The position numbers and the translations under genes are program-made. A stretch of 64,000 nt of DNA from Dictyostelium discoideum (taxonomy: Eukaryota): the NCBI GenBank assembly GCA_000004695.1, contig CM000155.2, positions 1,312,001 to 1,376,000 on the forward strand. Direction: 5' to 3'. Below, piece after piece: positions 1 through 21,527 of the stretch (its first letter is position 1; every line of letters begins with the position of its first letter). The notes below the pieces were generated by a model. That model saw only the letters and a program-made list of their open reading frames with translations, did not search any database and was not told the origin of the DNA.

Positions 1-4
1 TAAA

Positions 5-51
<47 letters not shown>

Positions 52-109
52 TTTTATTAACCTCAAACTTTTTTTTATTTTTTATTTTTTATTTTTTTCT
101 TTATTATAG

Positions 110-8534
<8,425 letters not shown>

Positions 8535-9294
8535 ATTTTTTTAAAAAAAAAAAAAAAACAAATAAAAAAAACAATAAATAAAGCAAAAATTAATTCAATA
8601 AAAAAAAAAAAAATAATAAATATAATCCCCTCAACTTAATTTTTTATTTTTTTTTTTTGATTTTAAAAATTCATTTTTTTTTTTTTTTTTTTTTTTATTT
8701 ATTATTATTTTTATTTTTTGTATATTAGCCAAATCATATAAAATTGTTTGTATTAAATATTTTAATTAGTGTTTGGAAATTAAATTAAAATAGTAAGAGT
8801 TAATAGTTTATGATTTTTATTTTTATTTTTATTTTTTTTTGAAGAAAACAGTTTTAAATATGTTAGTATTTAAAATTAAAATAAATAAGAGTTAATTTTA
8901 AATTTTTTGCTTTTTTCAATATTCTATTGTAAGGTGTTACACCTTTTTTTAGATCTTCCAAATAAAAATTAATTTTTTTTTTTTTAATTTTATTCATTAA
9001 ATTAAGAATAATTCAAATAATGAAATTGTAATTGATTGGAAGAATTTGTTAAAGGTGACTCCTATGTTTGGAAGAATTTATTCTGCCATAAAATTGGCTT
9101 TATAAGTTAATTTTCTTAATTTAATTATTTTTTAGGAAATCGTTTGAATCTTTAAAATTTTTAAATTTTTTTCAATTTTTATACATTCTAGAATAGCTTT
9201 TGCCAACAAGTTTGTACCTTTTTCAAAGTTTAAATGTGTCAATTATAACCTTTCCAGAAACATTTTGGCATTAATCAAGAATCATTACATCTGT

Positions 9295-9327
<33 letters not shown>

Positions 9328-9392
9328 ATATTGATTAATTAAAGTTTATCCTTTAAAGGGAAAAAAAAACAATAATTAATAGTTTTATTTAG

Positions 9393-9442
<50 letters not shown>

Positions 9443-9942
9443 CTTCAATTTAATAGTTTCTATTTAGATTGTCTAAATAGAGTTTTGGTTATTTTAAAAA
9501 AAGGTATGACTACTATTGTGAGAATAATTATTATAATAAATTGGTCGAAAGAGACTAGGTTTGGGAGCACTGATTTCGGAATGCAATAGACTTTGCATGT
9601 TAAGTTTCTTAAATTAATAATTTGATTGAGGAAAAAGTTTGGATCTTTGAAGTTGTTTGAGTCTTTTGAGAGAGTAATTTTAAGGTTTTAGCTTTTTTAA
9701 TAAATTCTAAAGTGGCTAATTTATACATTTGTTGAGAAGGGTTGAGAATGATAGTTTTTCTCCTATTGATGGTTCACTATACAGTTGGTTGCAAATCCAT
9801 ACTTTATGAATTATTAATGCCATGAAATTCCTATATGCGAAGGTTCTGGAAAGGTTATAGTTTACCCATTTATAACCCCAGTAATCAATTGTATAGTGAA
9901 AAACCGTCAAAAGATGAAATTCTTTTTTCCCATATCAAGCTA

Positions 9943-9953
9943 AGAATCGAACC
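9943..9953 (-). promoter_or_regulatory. extra B box (exB, GGTTCGATTCT) about 40 bp downstream of tRNA-Val
   Basis: Reverse complement of agaatcgaacc = GGTTCGATTCT, a copy of the B-box consensus. Downstream B-box copies at about 30-40 bp are a known feature of Dictyostelium tRNA genes. Confidence 0.6.
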
Positions 9954-9992
9954 TGTGATTTATTCGATATCGGATTTAAAAATATTAGTTTG

Positions 9993-10066
9993 TATTCAGA
10001 GCGGGAATCGAACCCACGACCTAATCCGTGTTAAGGATTCGTGATAACCGACTACACCATCCGAAC
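9993..10066 (-). tRNA. tRNA-Val, anticodon AAC
   Basis: The reverse complement folds as a canonical cloverleaf: GTTCGGATGGTGTAGTCGGTTATCACGAATCCTTAACACGGATTAGGTCGTGGGTTCGATTCCCGCTCTGAATA. Acceptor GTTCGGA/TCTGAAT (two G-U pairs), U8, D-arm GTGTAGTCGGTTATCAC, anticodon stem AATCC/GGATT with loop TTAACAC (AAC at positions 34-36), T-arm GTGGG-TTCGATT-CCCGC, discriminator A. It is followed on the minus strand by a T5 run (RNA polymerase III terminator) at about 9975-9985. Confidence 0.85.
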
Positions 10067-10290
10067 TAATCGATGAAAATGGAAAAAAAATAGCTCGATT
10101 CCGTTTTCTTAATATCATTTTAATTTTTTTAATTTCACTCAGAAATAGATTTTGGATGAAATATATATAAAAAGAATAGATCAACAGTCATTTATTAATC
10201 ATTTTAATGGTTTCACTATAAATATTTTAATAATTAAGTAAATAGTAATAATAATAACAATATTAATCAATATAACAATATTAAAATAAA

Positions 10291-10336
<46 letters not shown>

Positions 10337-10782
10337 TATCATATTTAGATAATTATAATTTTTAAATTATAATTATCTATTTTTTGCAAGTAATCTTGGC
10401 AGTTTGCTTTAAAATATTTAATAATTATAAAATGATAAAAAAAAAAAAAAATTTTAATATTGTTATATTGTAAAATACAATAGGATCAACAAAGTGGTTT
10501 AATTTTATAAGAACTATTGTAATTAATTAAAAAATAAATAAAAAAAAATTAAAAAGCAGAATGAATACATCCATCTTTTTTATATTTTGTGTATTTTTGG
10601 GTGCTCTACTTTTACACATTAAATTCATATTAAAAATAAATGACATAAAAAATAAAAAAAAAAAAAAAAAAAAAGTGTAATGAAAAGTGGAAAATTACAA
10701 TCCAAAATCCAATAGAAAATAAAATATTAAAATTCAAAAAAAAAAAAAATATTTAAAAAACCAATAAACCTCTAAAACAGAT

Positions 10783-10849
<67 letters not shown>

Positions 10850-10949
10850 CTTAATAATCCAATTATATTATATTATTGTTTTTGTATTATTAATTTATTA
10901 AAATTAGTAAGAATATATATTTATAAAAATTGTCAGATTATAAGTTATC

Positions 10950-10988
<39 letters not shown>

Positions 10989-11066
10989 TAATAAAGGATT
11001 TTTTCACAAGTACATGTACTTAACACTGTTAAAAAAAATAAAAATAAAAATATTTTTTTGATTAAA

Positions 11067-11100
<34 letters not shown>

Positions 11101-11249
11101 AAAAAAAAAAAAAAAACAGTTTTATTTTTTAATTTATGTTACTGTCTTTACTTCATTATAATTTATTTTTATAAAAATAAATAAAAAAAAAAAAGTAGAA
11201 AAGAAGAAAAACAAGAAGAATTAAAAAAAAAGAACAAGAGGAAAAAAAA

Positions 11250-12581
11250 ATGATTGAAGATTTTAATGAATTAAGTCCAATCTATCGTGAAAAGTATAGA
11301 TTGACAGTTTTACCAAAATGGAGGAAGAAATTAGTAATTTTAAAAATGATTTTATTAGAAGTTATATTTTTAATTCAAGTTACCTTTAGAACTATAAAAT
11401 CAATTTTATATTATTTCTTCACACACAAGAAAGGATACCTCGTAAAAGATATTAAATATGGTCCAAATGATAGAAATCATTGTGATATTTACATACCTTC
11501 ATCTTCAAATTACCTTTTAAATAATAAAAAAGATTTACCTGTAGTTATATTTATGCATGGTGGAAGTTGGGGTTTGTATGTATATCATTAATTTTAAAAT
11601 AATATTAATCAAGATTTGAAAAAAAAACTAACAAACAAATTTTTTCCCCCACTCTTTTCTGAAAAAAAAAAAAAAAAATAAAAATAAAAATCCAAATCCA
11701 AATCCAAATTCAAATAAATTAGTGGCCATAAATTACAATATATTTTATTAGGTAAAAAATTATCAGAAAGAGGTATTGTTACAATGGTAATAAATTATAG
11801 ATTAACACCAAAAGGTAATATTGATGATATGTTAGAGGATATTGATACTGCAACATCATTTTGTTATGAAAATATTGAAAATTATGGTGGTGATAAAAAT
11901 AAAATCTATTTAATGGGTCATTCAGCAGGTGGTCATATCATTTCACAATATGTTGTTGTCAATTATTCAAAACCAATTGATAATGAACAAAAAAATAAAA
12001 AAAGAGTACCATTATCTGGTATTTTCCCATTATCAGCTCCTTTGCATATTAATGGTAAGTTTTAAAAAAAAAAAAAAATACAACTCTCACTCTCTCACTC
12101 ATTTTTCTAATAAATAATTTATTTTTATATTTATATTAATTTAATAGATCACTTTTTATTTGAAACTAAAAGAGGTGTTGAACATATTTCACCAATGAGA
12201 CCAGCAATGAAAGGACCAAAATATTTTGATGAATATTCACCAAGTGCAGTATTAGAAAAGATTAAAGATAAATCAATAAGAGATGAAAAATTATCAACTC
12301 CATTCCCATCATTTTATATTTTACATGGTGTAGATGATGCAACTGTACCATTATCATCATCAACTAAATTCTTTTCAATATTAATGAGAAAATTAGCAAA
12401 TCCAACTGCAAGAACTTTATTTTTAAAAGCATATCCAAAAATTAAACACATTGATTTTATTTTTAATGTATGTGATGATAATTTAATTATTGAAAGAAAT
12501 ATTTTTAATGGTATAGAAGATGATGATAATAATAATGCTGAATCAATTTTAAATGATATTATTAATATTATAAAATATTAA
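11250..12581 (+). CDS. Alpha/beta-hydrolase of the isoprenylcysteine alpha-carbonyl methylesterase (ICME)/arylesterase type. Three exons: about 11250..11573, 11751 (or 11767)..12054, 12148..12581.
   Basis: HGGSW oxyanion motif in exon 1, GHSAGG nucleophile elbow and YGGDKNKIYLMGHSAGGHI in exon 2, HGVDDATVP in exon 3. GTAAGT donor at 12055 and AATAG acceptor at 12146-47 (phase 1, verified). The exon 1/2 junction is ambiguous between two acceptors. Confidence 0.7.
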
Positions 12582-12679
12582 ATATATATATTTTTTTCCA
12601 AAAAAAAATAAAATAAAATAATTTTATTATCTATCTTTACTTTTGTGTTTTTTTTTTTTTTAAGTGCATTTAAAATATC

Positions 12680-12682
12680 TAT

Positions 12683-12753
<71 letters not shown>
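12680..12753. repeat. (ATTT)n microsatellite, about 18 units
   Basis: atttatttattt... seen directly in the 3' flank of the hydrolase gene. Confidence 0.9.
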
Positions 12754-12861
12754 TATCTCTCTTAATATTATTTTAAATAAATATATCAAAAATAAAAATA
12801 ATAATTTATAGATCTTAATAGATTTAATCTATATTTTTTTTTTTTTTTTTTTTTAAGCCCC

Positions 12862-12893
<32 letters not shown>

Positions 12894-13479
12894 TCGAACA
12901 AGATTTTTAATGAAATAATCAAATGTTTATATCAATTATTAATTGTTTTTATTTATTTTTTTTATTTTTTTGTTTTTTTTATTTTTTTTTAATTTTTTTT
13001 AAAAGAGGGGTAATAATTATAACTTTTAAATTTTATTGTTTGATTAACAAATCGTAAAAATGATTTTTTTTTTTTTTTTTATTTTTTTTTTTTCATAAAA
13101 AATTAAAAACAAATTACAAAAAAAAAAAAAATATATCCACATTATCGGTTAATATCGAGTTATTTAAAAGAACAATTGTTTACAACCCTTTACTTTTTTA
13201 TTATTAATTTTATGTATATAAATTTATAAAGGTATTATTAAATTTTTATTTTCAAATCTACACATACATTATATCAAAATTACCATTTTATTTATTAAAA
13301 AAATAAATATTAACAAATAATTAAAAAAAAAATAAAAAATAATAAAAAAAAAATAATAATTAATTATAAAAATAAATTAAAAACACACTATTTAAAATCC
13401 AAATATAAATTTTTTTTATTTTTGATCATTAAAAAAAAAAAATAATAATTTTTTACAATAATATAGTAAAATTAAAAAA

Positions 13480-13845
13480 ATGATGAAAAATTTACTTTTT
13501 TTAGCTTTATGCTTTGCTTTATTGTCAGTTTCAATTTGTGATATTTCAATATCAATTTCACAAATTCAAACTGGTTCCTGGGACAGTCACTCTGCATGGG
13601 AAGTGACATTAATAAATACCGGAACAAGACCAATAATTGATGCAACACTTGTAGCTGAATCAAATTTAATTCTTGATAAACCAGAAAATATTTGGTCAAT
13701 GGAATTAATTTCACCAAATAAATATCATTTCCCATCATGGATAACCCAAAATGGTGGTCTTAATAGTGGAGCAAAGCACACCTTTGGTTATATTAATAAT
13801 AGTGGCGCACCAGCTGCATTCTCAGTTTGCGATGTTAGAAATTAA
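13480..13845 (+). CDS. small secreted protein (121 aa) with a CBM49-like cellulose-binding-type domain; paralog 1 of 4
   Basis: Genuine ATG and an N-terminal signal peptide (MMKNLLFLALCFALLSVSICD). Conserved pattern shared with the other three copies: W(D/E)xHxxW(E/N)VxxxNxGxxPIxxATxxxES...IWSxE...KYHFP(S/D)W...TFGYxNxxG...FxxxDV. Single exon. Confidence 0.7.
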   Translation: MMKNLLFLALCFALLSVSICDISISISQIQTGSWDSHSAWEVTLINTGTRPIIDATLVAESNLILDKPENIWSMELISPNKYHFPSWITQNGGLNSGAKHTFGYINNSGAPAAFSVCDVRN

Positions 13846-14473
13846 TTAATTCAATTGACATTTTTAAAAAATTAAATTATAAAATAAAAGTTGTAAAAAA
13901 AAAAAAAATAATAAAAAAAAATAAAAGGATTAAATTAATAAATTAAAAAAGAAAATGTTTCCGAAATTTATTTATTCTAAACTTCATTTAAATAAGAGTG
14001 TAGTTGTGGTGATTGATTGAGAACAATCTCTTTTTCTATTTTCAATTCTTTTTAAACATTTTTTGTTTGATATCTAAAAACAAGGCTATATTGTATATTG
14101 AATATATATATAATGTATAATAATATTCAATATACAAAATTTGTATTTTGGTTGGTATTTTAATTGTAAATAAAATAATTTATTTTCATTATTTTCAAAC
14201 TTTACTATTTAAATATGAAAATTTGTTTTTACTAGTATTTTTATAAATCCATCTGATTTTTGTAATAAAATTAAGATAGTTATTGGCATAAAAATAGTTT
14301 ATATAAACTATAATCAGAAATAATACCTTTTTTTCATTTTTTTTTAATATTTTATTTATTTAAATATTTAAAAAAAAAAAAAGTTTATTTAAATAAAAAA
14401 AAACAAAATCATTTTATTTAAAATCATATCTTAGTTTATTTTAAATAAAAAAAATAAAAAAAAACTAAAAAAA

Positions 14474-14839
14474 ATGTTTAAAAAAATTCTCTTTTTAATT
14501 TTAAGTTTTGCTATTTTTTCTTTTGCTTTTGGAGATAACAGTTTAACCTTTACTCAAACAAAGGTTAAGGAATGGGATAACGGGAACCATGTTCAATGGG
14601 AAGTTGTACTGGTAAACACTGATCCTTCAAAAAGATCAATTACCGATGCATTCATAATTGGAAATGAAAATTTTAAACCAGAATCTATATGGTCCTTAGA
14701 AACTACACAAGATAATAAATATCATCTCCCATCATATATAAATCGATATGGTTTAAAATTTGGAAGTAACCTCACATTTGGATTCATTAACACCATTAAT
14801 TCTCAAGTTACATTTACAGTATCAGATATTAAATTTTGA
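14474..14839 (+). CDS. small secreted CBM49-like protein, paralog 2 of 4
   Basis: Same length and architecture as 13480..13845 (signal peptide MFKKILFLILSFAIFSFAFGD, then KEWDNGNHVQWEVVLVNTD...KYHLPSY...TFGFIN). About 35-45% identity to its neighbours. Confidence 0.7.
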   Translation: MFKKILFLILSFAIFSFAFGDNSLTFTQTKVKEWDNGNHVQWEVVLVNTDPSKRSITDAFIIGNENFKPESIWSLETTQDNKYHLPSYINRYGLKFGSNLTFGFINTINSQVTFTVSDIKF

Positions 14840-15482
14840 AAAAATAAAAAAAATTAAAATAAAATAAAATTATTTTTAGAAATCATTTAATATTATAAAA
14901 TTAAACAAAAATGTTACTTTAATAAATTTTTTATAAATGTTTTGAATTAAATTTAAATAATTTTCAATGATAAAATTTATAATAAAAAAAAATATAATAA
15001 AAATATATAATATAAATATATATATTTATATAAAGGGGGTAATAAATTAAGTGTGGGGGTGCAGTAAAGAATTTTTTTATTTCATAATATATTTTTTAAT
15101 TCAAACCCCAATTATAAAAATGATTTTAAACGGTTTTAATATTTGTATATGTAATTAAAATTACAATATTACATAAAGATTTTTTGGTCTATTTATATAA
15201 TTGTAAAAATAAACATTAATCACCACATTTTCCATTTATATTCTTAAGGTTAATTATATTATTTCTTTTAAAAAATTTATTTAAAATTATTTTATTACCT
15301 AAATATAAAAATAGCCATCAAATTATTTTATATTTAATAATTTTACTTTTTAAAAAAAAAAATAATAATAATAAAAAAAAATTATTTAAACATTTTAATT
15401 TTAAATTTTTTTTATTAATTTAAAATAATAATTTCATTTAATAATAATATCAAAAAAAACTATAATAATAATATCAGGAAAA

Positions 15483-15851
15483 ATGTTTAAAAAATTACTT
15501 TTATTTACATTAACATTTGCTATTTTTGCTTTGGCAATTTGTGATAATACATTATCAATTTCTCAATTTCAAAAAAGTGCTTGGGATGGTCACTCTGGAT
15601 GGGAAGTCACAATTTTGAACACTGATTGTTGTAACACTGTTTTTGATGCAACAATTATCCCAGAATCCAACTTTTTCCCTGAAACCATCTGGTCAATTGA
15701 ATTATTATCAGAAAATAAATATCATTTCCCAGATTTCCTTACAAAAACTGGATTAGGAATAGGAAAAAATTTTACCTTTGGTTACATTAACAAAAGTGGT
15801 ACACCTGCTATATTTAATTTTATGGATGTTAAATTCCAATCAAATAATTAA
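15483..15851 (+). CDS. small secreted CBM49-like protein, paralog 3 of 4
   Basis: MFKKLLLFTLTFAIFALAICD signal peptide, then SAWDGHSGWEVTILNTD...KYHFPDF...TFGYINKSGTPAIF. Confidence 0.7.
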   Translation: MFKKLLLFTLTFAIFALAICDNTLSISQFQKSAWDGHSGWEVTILNTDCCNTVFDATIIPESNFFPETIWSIELLSENKYHFPDFLTKTGLGIGKNFTFGYINKSGTPAIFNFMDVKFQSNN

Positions 15852-16403
15852 AAAAAATAAATAAAAAAATGAAAAAATAAATAAATAAAAAAAATTGTTA
15901 TACCCCTAATCATTTTTTTAAAAATTATATGATTATTATTATTTTATTTTTATTTTTTTTAAATTTTTTTTTTTTTTTAAATTGGTACGATTTCATCTTT
16001 TGGAAAATTATTATTTTTTATTATTATTTTTTTTTTTTTTTAAGATTTTATTTTTCAAATAAATCTAAACCAATTTACAATTAAAGTTTACAATATTGTT
16101 ATTTTTTAATTTTAATTTTTATACATCATATAAAAATTAAAAAACACACAAAAAGCGTTTATACTAAACTGATACAATATTGGTTTTCTACTAATATAAA
16201 TAAATGAAAATACAATTTTTTTATCAATTATTTTTTTTATTTATTTTTTTTAAAAAAAATAAATAATAAAAAAAAAAAAACCTATTTAAAGAAAAAATTA
16301 AAAAAGATATTAATCATTAAAAAACAAATAAAAAAACAACAACTAATCAAATAAAATTAAAAAAACTATAATTATTAATTTAAAAAAAATAATAAAAAAA
16401 AAA

Positions 16404-16772
16404 ATGTTTAAAAAATTACTTTTCTTTACTTTAACTTTTGCTCTCTTTGCTTTAGCAATTTGTGATAATTCAATTAAAATCACTCAAACATTAAGTAGTG
16501 CTTGGGAAGGACATTCAACATGGAATGTAGTAATAGAAAACATTGGAGATAAACCTATCTTTGGTGCTACCATCGTTGCCGAATCTGGTTTAAGCCTCGA
16601 AAGACCAGATAATCTTTGGTCATTAGATTCATTAGGTAATAATAGATTTGGTCTCCCATCTTGGATTACTCAAAATGGTGGTCTTAAAGCTTTCAATGGT
16701 ACTCATACATTTGGTTACACTAATGCTCAACCAACTTCAGCAGTATTCTCAGCCACTGATATTAGATATTAA
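16404..16772 (+). CDS. small secreted CBM49-like protein, paralog 4 of 4
   Basis: MFKKLLFFTLTFALFALAICD signal peptide, then SAWEGHSTWNVVIENIGDKPIFGATIVAES...TFGYTNAQ. Its signal peptide is almost identical to paralog 3, suggesting recent duplication. Confidence 0.7.
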   Translation: MFKKLLFFTLTFALFALAICDNSIKITQTLSSAWEGHSTWNVVIENIGDKPIFGATIVAESGLSLERPDNLWSLDSLGNNRFGLPSWITQNGGLKAFNGTHTFGYTNAQPTSAVFSATDIRY

Positions 16773-16950
16773 ATAAACCAAAAAAAACACTAAAAAAATC
16801 CCCAAAAACTATTTAAAATTACTTTATTAATTAATTAATTAAATATTTACAAAAAAAAAAAAAAAAAAAAACTAAAACCCCACTCCCCCCCATTTCTATA
16901 TTCTTTTTATTTATTTATTTATTTGTTTTTTTTTTTTTTTTTTATTTATT

Positions 16951-16985
<35 letters not shown>

Positions 16986-16995
16986 TTATTTTTTT

Positions 16996-18055
<1,060 letters not shown>

Positions 18056-18072
18056 TTATTTTTAATTATGTG

Positions 18073-18106
<34 letters not shown>

Positions 18107-18580
18107 CAATAAAATAATAATAATTTAAATTATGAATTAAAATAAAACTTACTTTAAAAAAATTTTTTTTGGTTTTGATGACATTTAAATTAAAAAAAAT
18201 ATTTAGTTAATAATAAAAAAGGCCCCTTTTTTTTTTTGGGGGTTTTTTTTTTTTTTTTTTTTTTTTTTCCCAAAAAATTTTTTTTAAATTTTTTTTTTTT
18301 TTTCCCCAAAATTTAAAATTAATTAAATTTAAATTAAAAAAAAAAAAAAACGGTTGCGAAAAACTTGGATATTTTTTTAAAAAAAAAAAAAAAAAAAAAA
18401 TGATTGGAATTCTTAATTTAAGCTTTTGTTTTTTTTTTTTTTTTTTTTTTGTTAAATATAGTTTTATTTTATTATTTTTATAAATCTTTTTTTTTTTTTT
18501 TTTTTCTTTTTTCTTTTTTTTTTTTTTTTCTTTTTCTTTTTTTTTTTTTTTATAAATTATTCTATTTTGTTTTTTTTTTT

Positions 18581-20024
18581 TTAATTAAAATTACCAACTT
18601 TAAAACATAAACAAGTATTATGATCCATTTTACCAGGATATAAACTATAATCGGAAGGTAATTTTTTACTTGTATTTGTTTCCATAAAATCTCTACTTGA
18701 TTGAGTTGTATCTAAACAATGTTTTAATAGAGTATTTGAGATAAATGTTGGTTCCAATTGATTGAGAGTATTTTGATCAGAGCAAAAATGTTGATTCAAC
18801 CATCTCTTTCTGTATTCATTTTTTGCGTTTTCAGAATCAATTGGGAAACTTATGGCAGCTTTATCCCATGATTCTTCATCGATACCCAATTCATTTGGTT
18901 TAATACCCAATTGTTGAGGATCCAAATTATCATGAACACCATCACTCAATAAGAGGATCAAATCTTCAGGGTCACAAAGTTTATAAAACACTTGAAGATT
19001 TCTAAGATCGGGTTCACCTTGTCTAATGTATGGACCTAACCTACCACCTGGATCACGTGCATCCGATACATTTTGACGATTACCTTTGGTTATATCACTA
19101 AAGGTGTGATCTTTTTTACTGTAGTGAAATGCTTTACAATCACCCAATGTCACACCAACAAACACCCAACTCGAAGAGGATTGATGATCTTCAATTCCAC
19201 CCACAGCATGATTATGAATATTGGACATTCTCTTTATATTTTCACTCTCTGGTTTAATCTTTGCCAGTATACCACCAATCAATGTAGTGGTTCCACTTTC
19301 AAATACTTCGGATTTCCCTGCGATAATTGATTTGTGTGCCGCTGTCATTGCTGCCAATAAAAAACTACCCGCTTTTCTAACAGTATTAACCTCTAAATGA
19401 TTCTCCATTAAAAATGATATAAATCCATTGGTTGCATTAGTTGCCGCTTCATATGGTAATCTACCCCAATTACATCCATCTGCTAAAGTAACTAATAATT
19501 TCTCTTTATACACTACAACCTTAAATCTATCACAAATTGGGTCACCAATCTAAAAAAATTATAAAATTAAAAATAAATAAATATATTATAATTTTTTTTT
19601 TTAAAAAAATAAAATAAAACAAAATAAAATAAATATTATTATTATTTATATTTACTCTTCTACCAGTGAAATGTTTTGGATATGATGATCCAGATTTTCC
19701 GCAAATCAAATCTTTATAAACTACCATATCTTCAACTAAATCTGGTTTTGGTCCAACAATTGTTGAAAGTATACATTTTTCTTCAATATTTTCATTTTCA
19801 TTTTCATTTTCATTATTTTTTTCATCATTAATAATATTATTATCAATATTATTATTATTATCATCACTATTATTATTATTATTATCAATATTATTATTAC
19901 TATTACTATCTACATTTTTATCGTTTTCCTCTTTATTTTCTATATTATTATTATTTACAATTGGTGTGGTGTTGGTGTTGGTGTTGGTATTGTTGATGGT
20001 GGTGGTTGTTGCTGCTGTTGTTGT

Positions 20025-20098
<74 letters not shown>

Positions 20099-20966
20099 GC
20101 TGTTGACTATTTTCACAATTTTGACTATTAATACTATTACTATTATTATTACTACAATTACAATTACTATTACTACAATTGATATCAATATGAATCAATG
20201 GTAATGGTGAACAATATAAATCTTCTGTAATACCAGGAAATATTGATAATACAGCACCAGATTTTAAGAAAGCTGGTTCTTTTTGATTGATTTTACCTTT
20301 GTCAAATTTAGTTCTAAATTCTGCCTTTTTACCAACGATAATTGTTTTCAAAAGTTCTTCTTCTCTCATCCATTCTGCATCGTTTGTATCTTTTTCACCT
20401 TCACGTGTAAATTCACCTTCATCAGTTGATACAACCTTTCTACGAGTTTTATTGCTTCTTTGAGTGATTAAATCTTGAAGTAATCTTTCAAGATGTTGAA
20501 TTTCTGATAAGAGTTCTCTTGAAATATCTTTTTCACTCTTTTGTTGAGATTGTTGTTGTTGTTGATTTGATGTCGTTGATGTCGAAATTATTGATGAATC
20601 CATAGTTTTAATTAAAATTGAAGAGTGTGATAAATTTCTAACTAATTTCTTATCGTTATTATTGTCTGATGATCTATTTGTTTGTTGACTTGATGATAAC
20701 CCAATACTACTACTACCACTACTATCACTATCAATACTTTTGGAAATATTTATATTATTATTATTATTATTATTATTATTGTTGTTGTTGTTGTTGTTGT
20801 TGTTAATATTATTTATATTATTATTATTTATATTATTATTATTATTGGTATTATTATTTATATTATTATTAGTATTATTATTATTAATAGAGTTTGCTTG
20901 AGTTAACTGGTTTGAGGAAGAAATATCTAGAGATGGTTTTCTATGCTTGTTCTTCCTCTTGAACAA
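18581..20966 (-). CDS. PP2C-family (PPM) protein phosphatase with a long Asn/Gln-rich N-terminal region. Exons 19656..20966 (start codon unresolved) and 18581..19549. Intron 19550..19655.
   Basis: The C-terminal exon has the PPM motifs TLADGCNWG, VGVTLGDCKAF and LLLSDGVHDNLDP. The upstream exon ends ...KHFTGRR at a GTAAAT donor and the acceptor is TTTTTTTAG. Both phases are 0 and agree with the track frames. A poly-Q tract (about 33 Q) is encoded by (TTG)n at 20010..20100. Confidence 0.7.
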
Positions 20967-21128
20967 GTGTTGTATTTTATCCAGTTTTTTAGTTTATTAT
21001 TTTTAAAATAAAATAAAAAAAAAAAAAAAAAAAAAAAATTTTATATCACAAAAATATTTAAAGGGGGAAATAAATAAATAAATAAATAAATAAAAATAAA
21101 AATAAATACAAAATTGAAAAGGTACTTT

Positions 21129-21190
<62 letters not shown>

Positions 21191-21480
21191 ATTTAATTAA
21201 TTTTTGGGGGGGTGGGGGGAAAAAAAAAAATTAAAAAAAATTAAAAAAAAAATTTTTAAAAAAGTTAAAAAAAAAAAAAAAATTTAAAAAAATAAAAAAA
21301 AAAAAAAAAAAAAAAATTTTTGCACTTAAGTGGTAACCATAAACATTTTTTATTTTTTTTTTTATTTTTAAAAATATACAATCTGACTAAATATATAAAC
21401 GATTTTTATTAAAAAAATTCAAAAAATTCGATTAAAAAAAAAAAAAAAAAAAAACAAAAAAAAAAAAACTATATATAGAA

Positions 21481-21491
21481 TTGTGTGTGGG

Positions 21492-21498
<7 letters not shown>
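21481..21498. promoter_or_regulatory. G/T-rich box (TGTGTGTGGGTGTGG), a candidate G-box/CA-element in the divergent intergenic region between the PP2C gene and the VPS26C gene
   Basis: An isolated GT-rich 15-mer in an otherwise >90% A+T intergenic region. It resembles the G-box/CAE class of Dictyostelium promoter elements. Position-based inference only. Confidence 0.3.

Positions 21499-21527
<29 letters not shown>

Noticed and set aside
10561-10760. Short ATG-initiated ORF with a hydrophobic N-terminus and a Lys-rich tail downstream of tRNA-Val
   Set aside because: Its codons are mostly AAA/AAT from an A-rich spacer. It is not in the ORF track and shows no conservation signal, so it is probably fortuitous.
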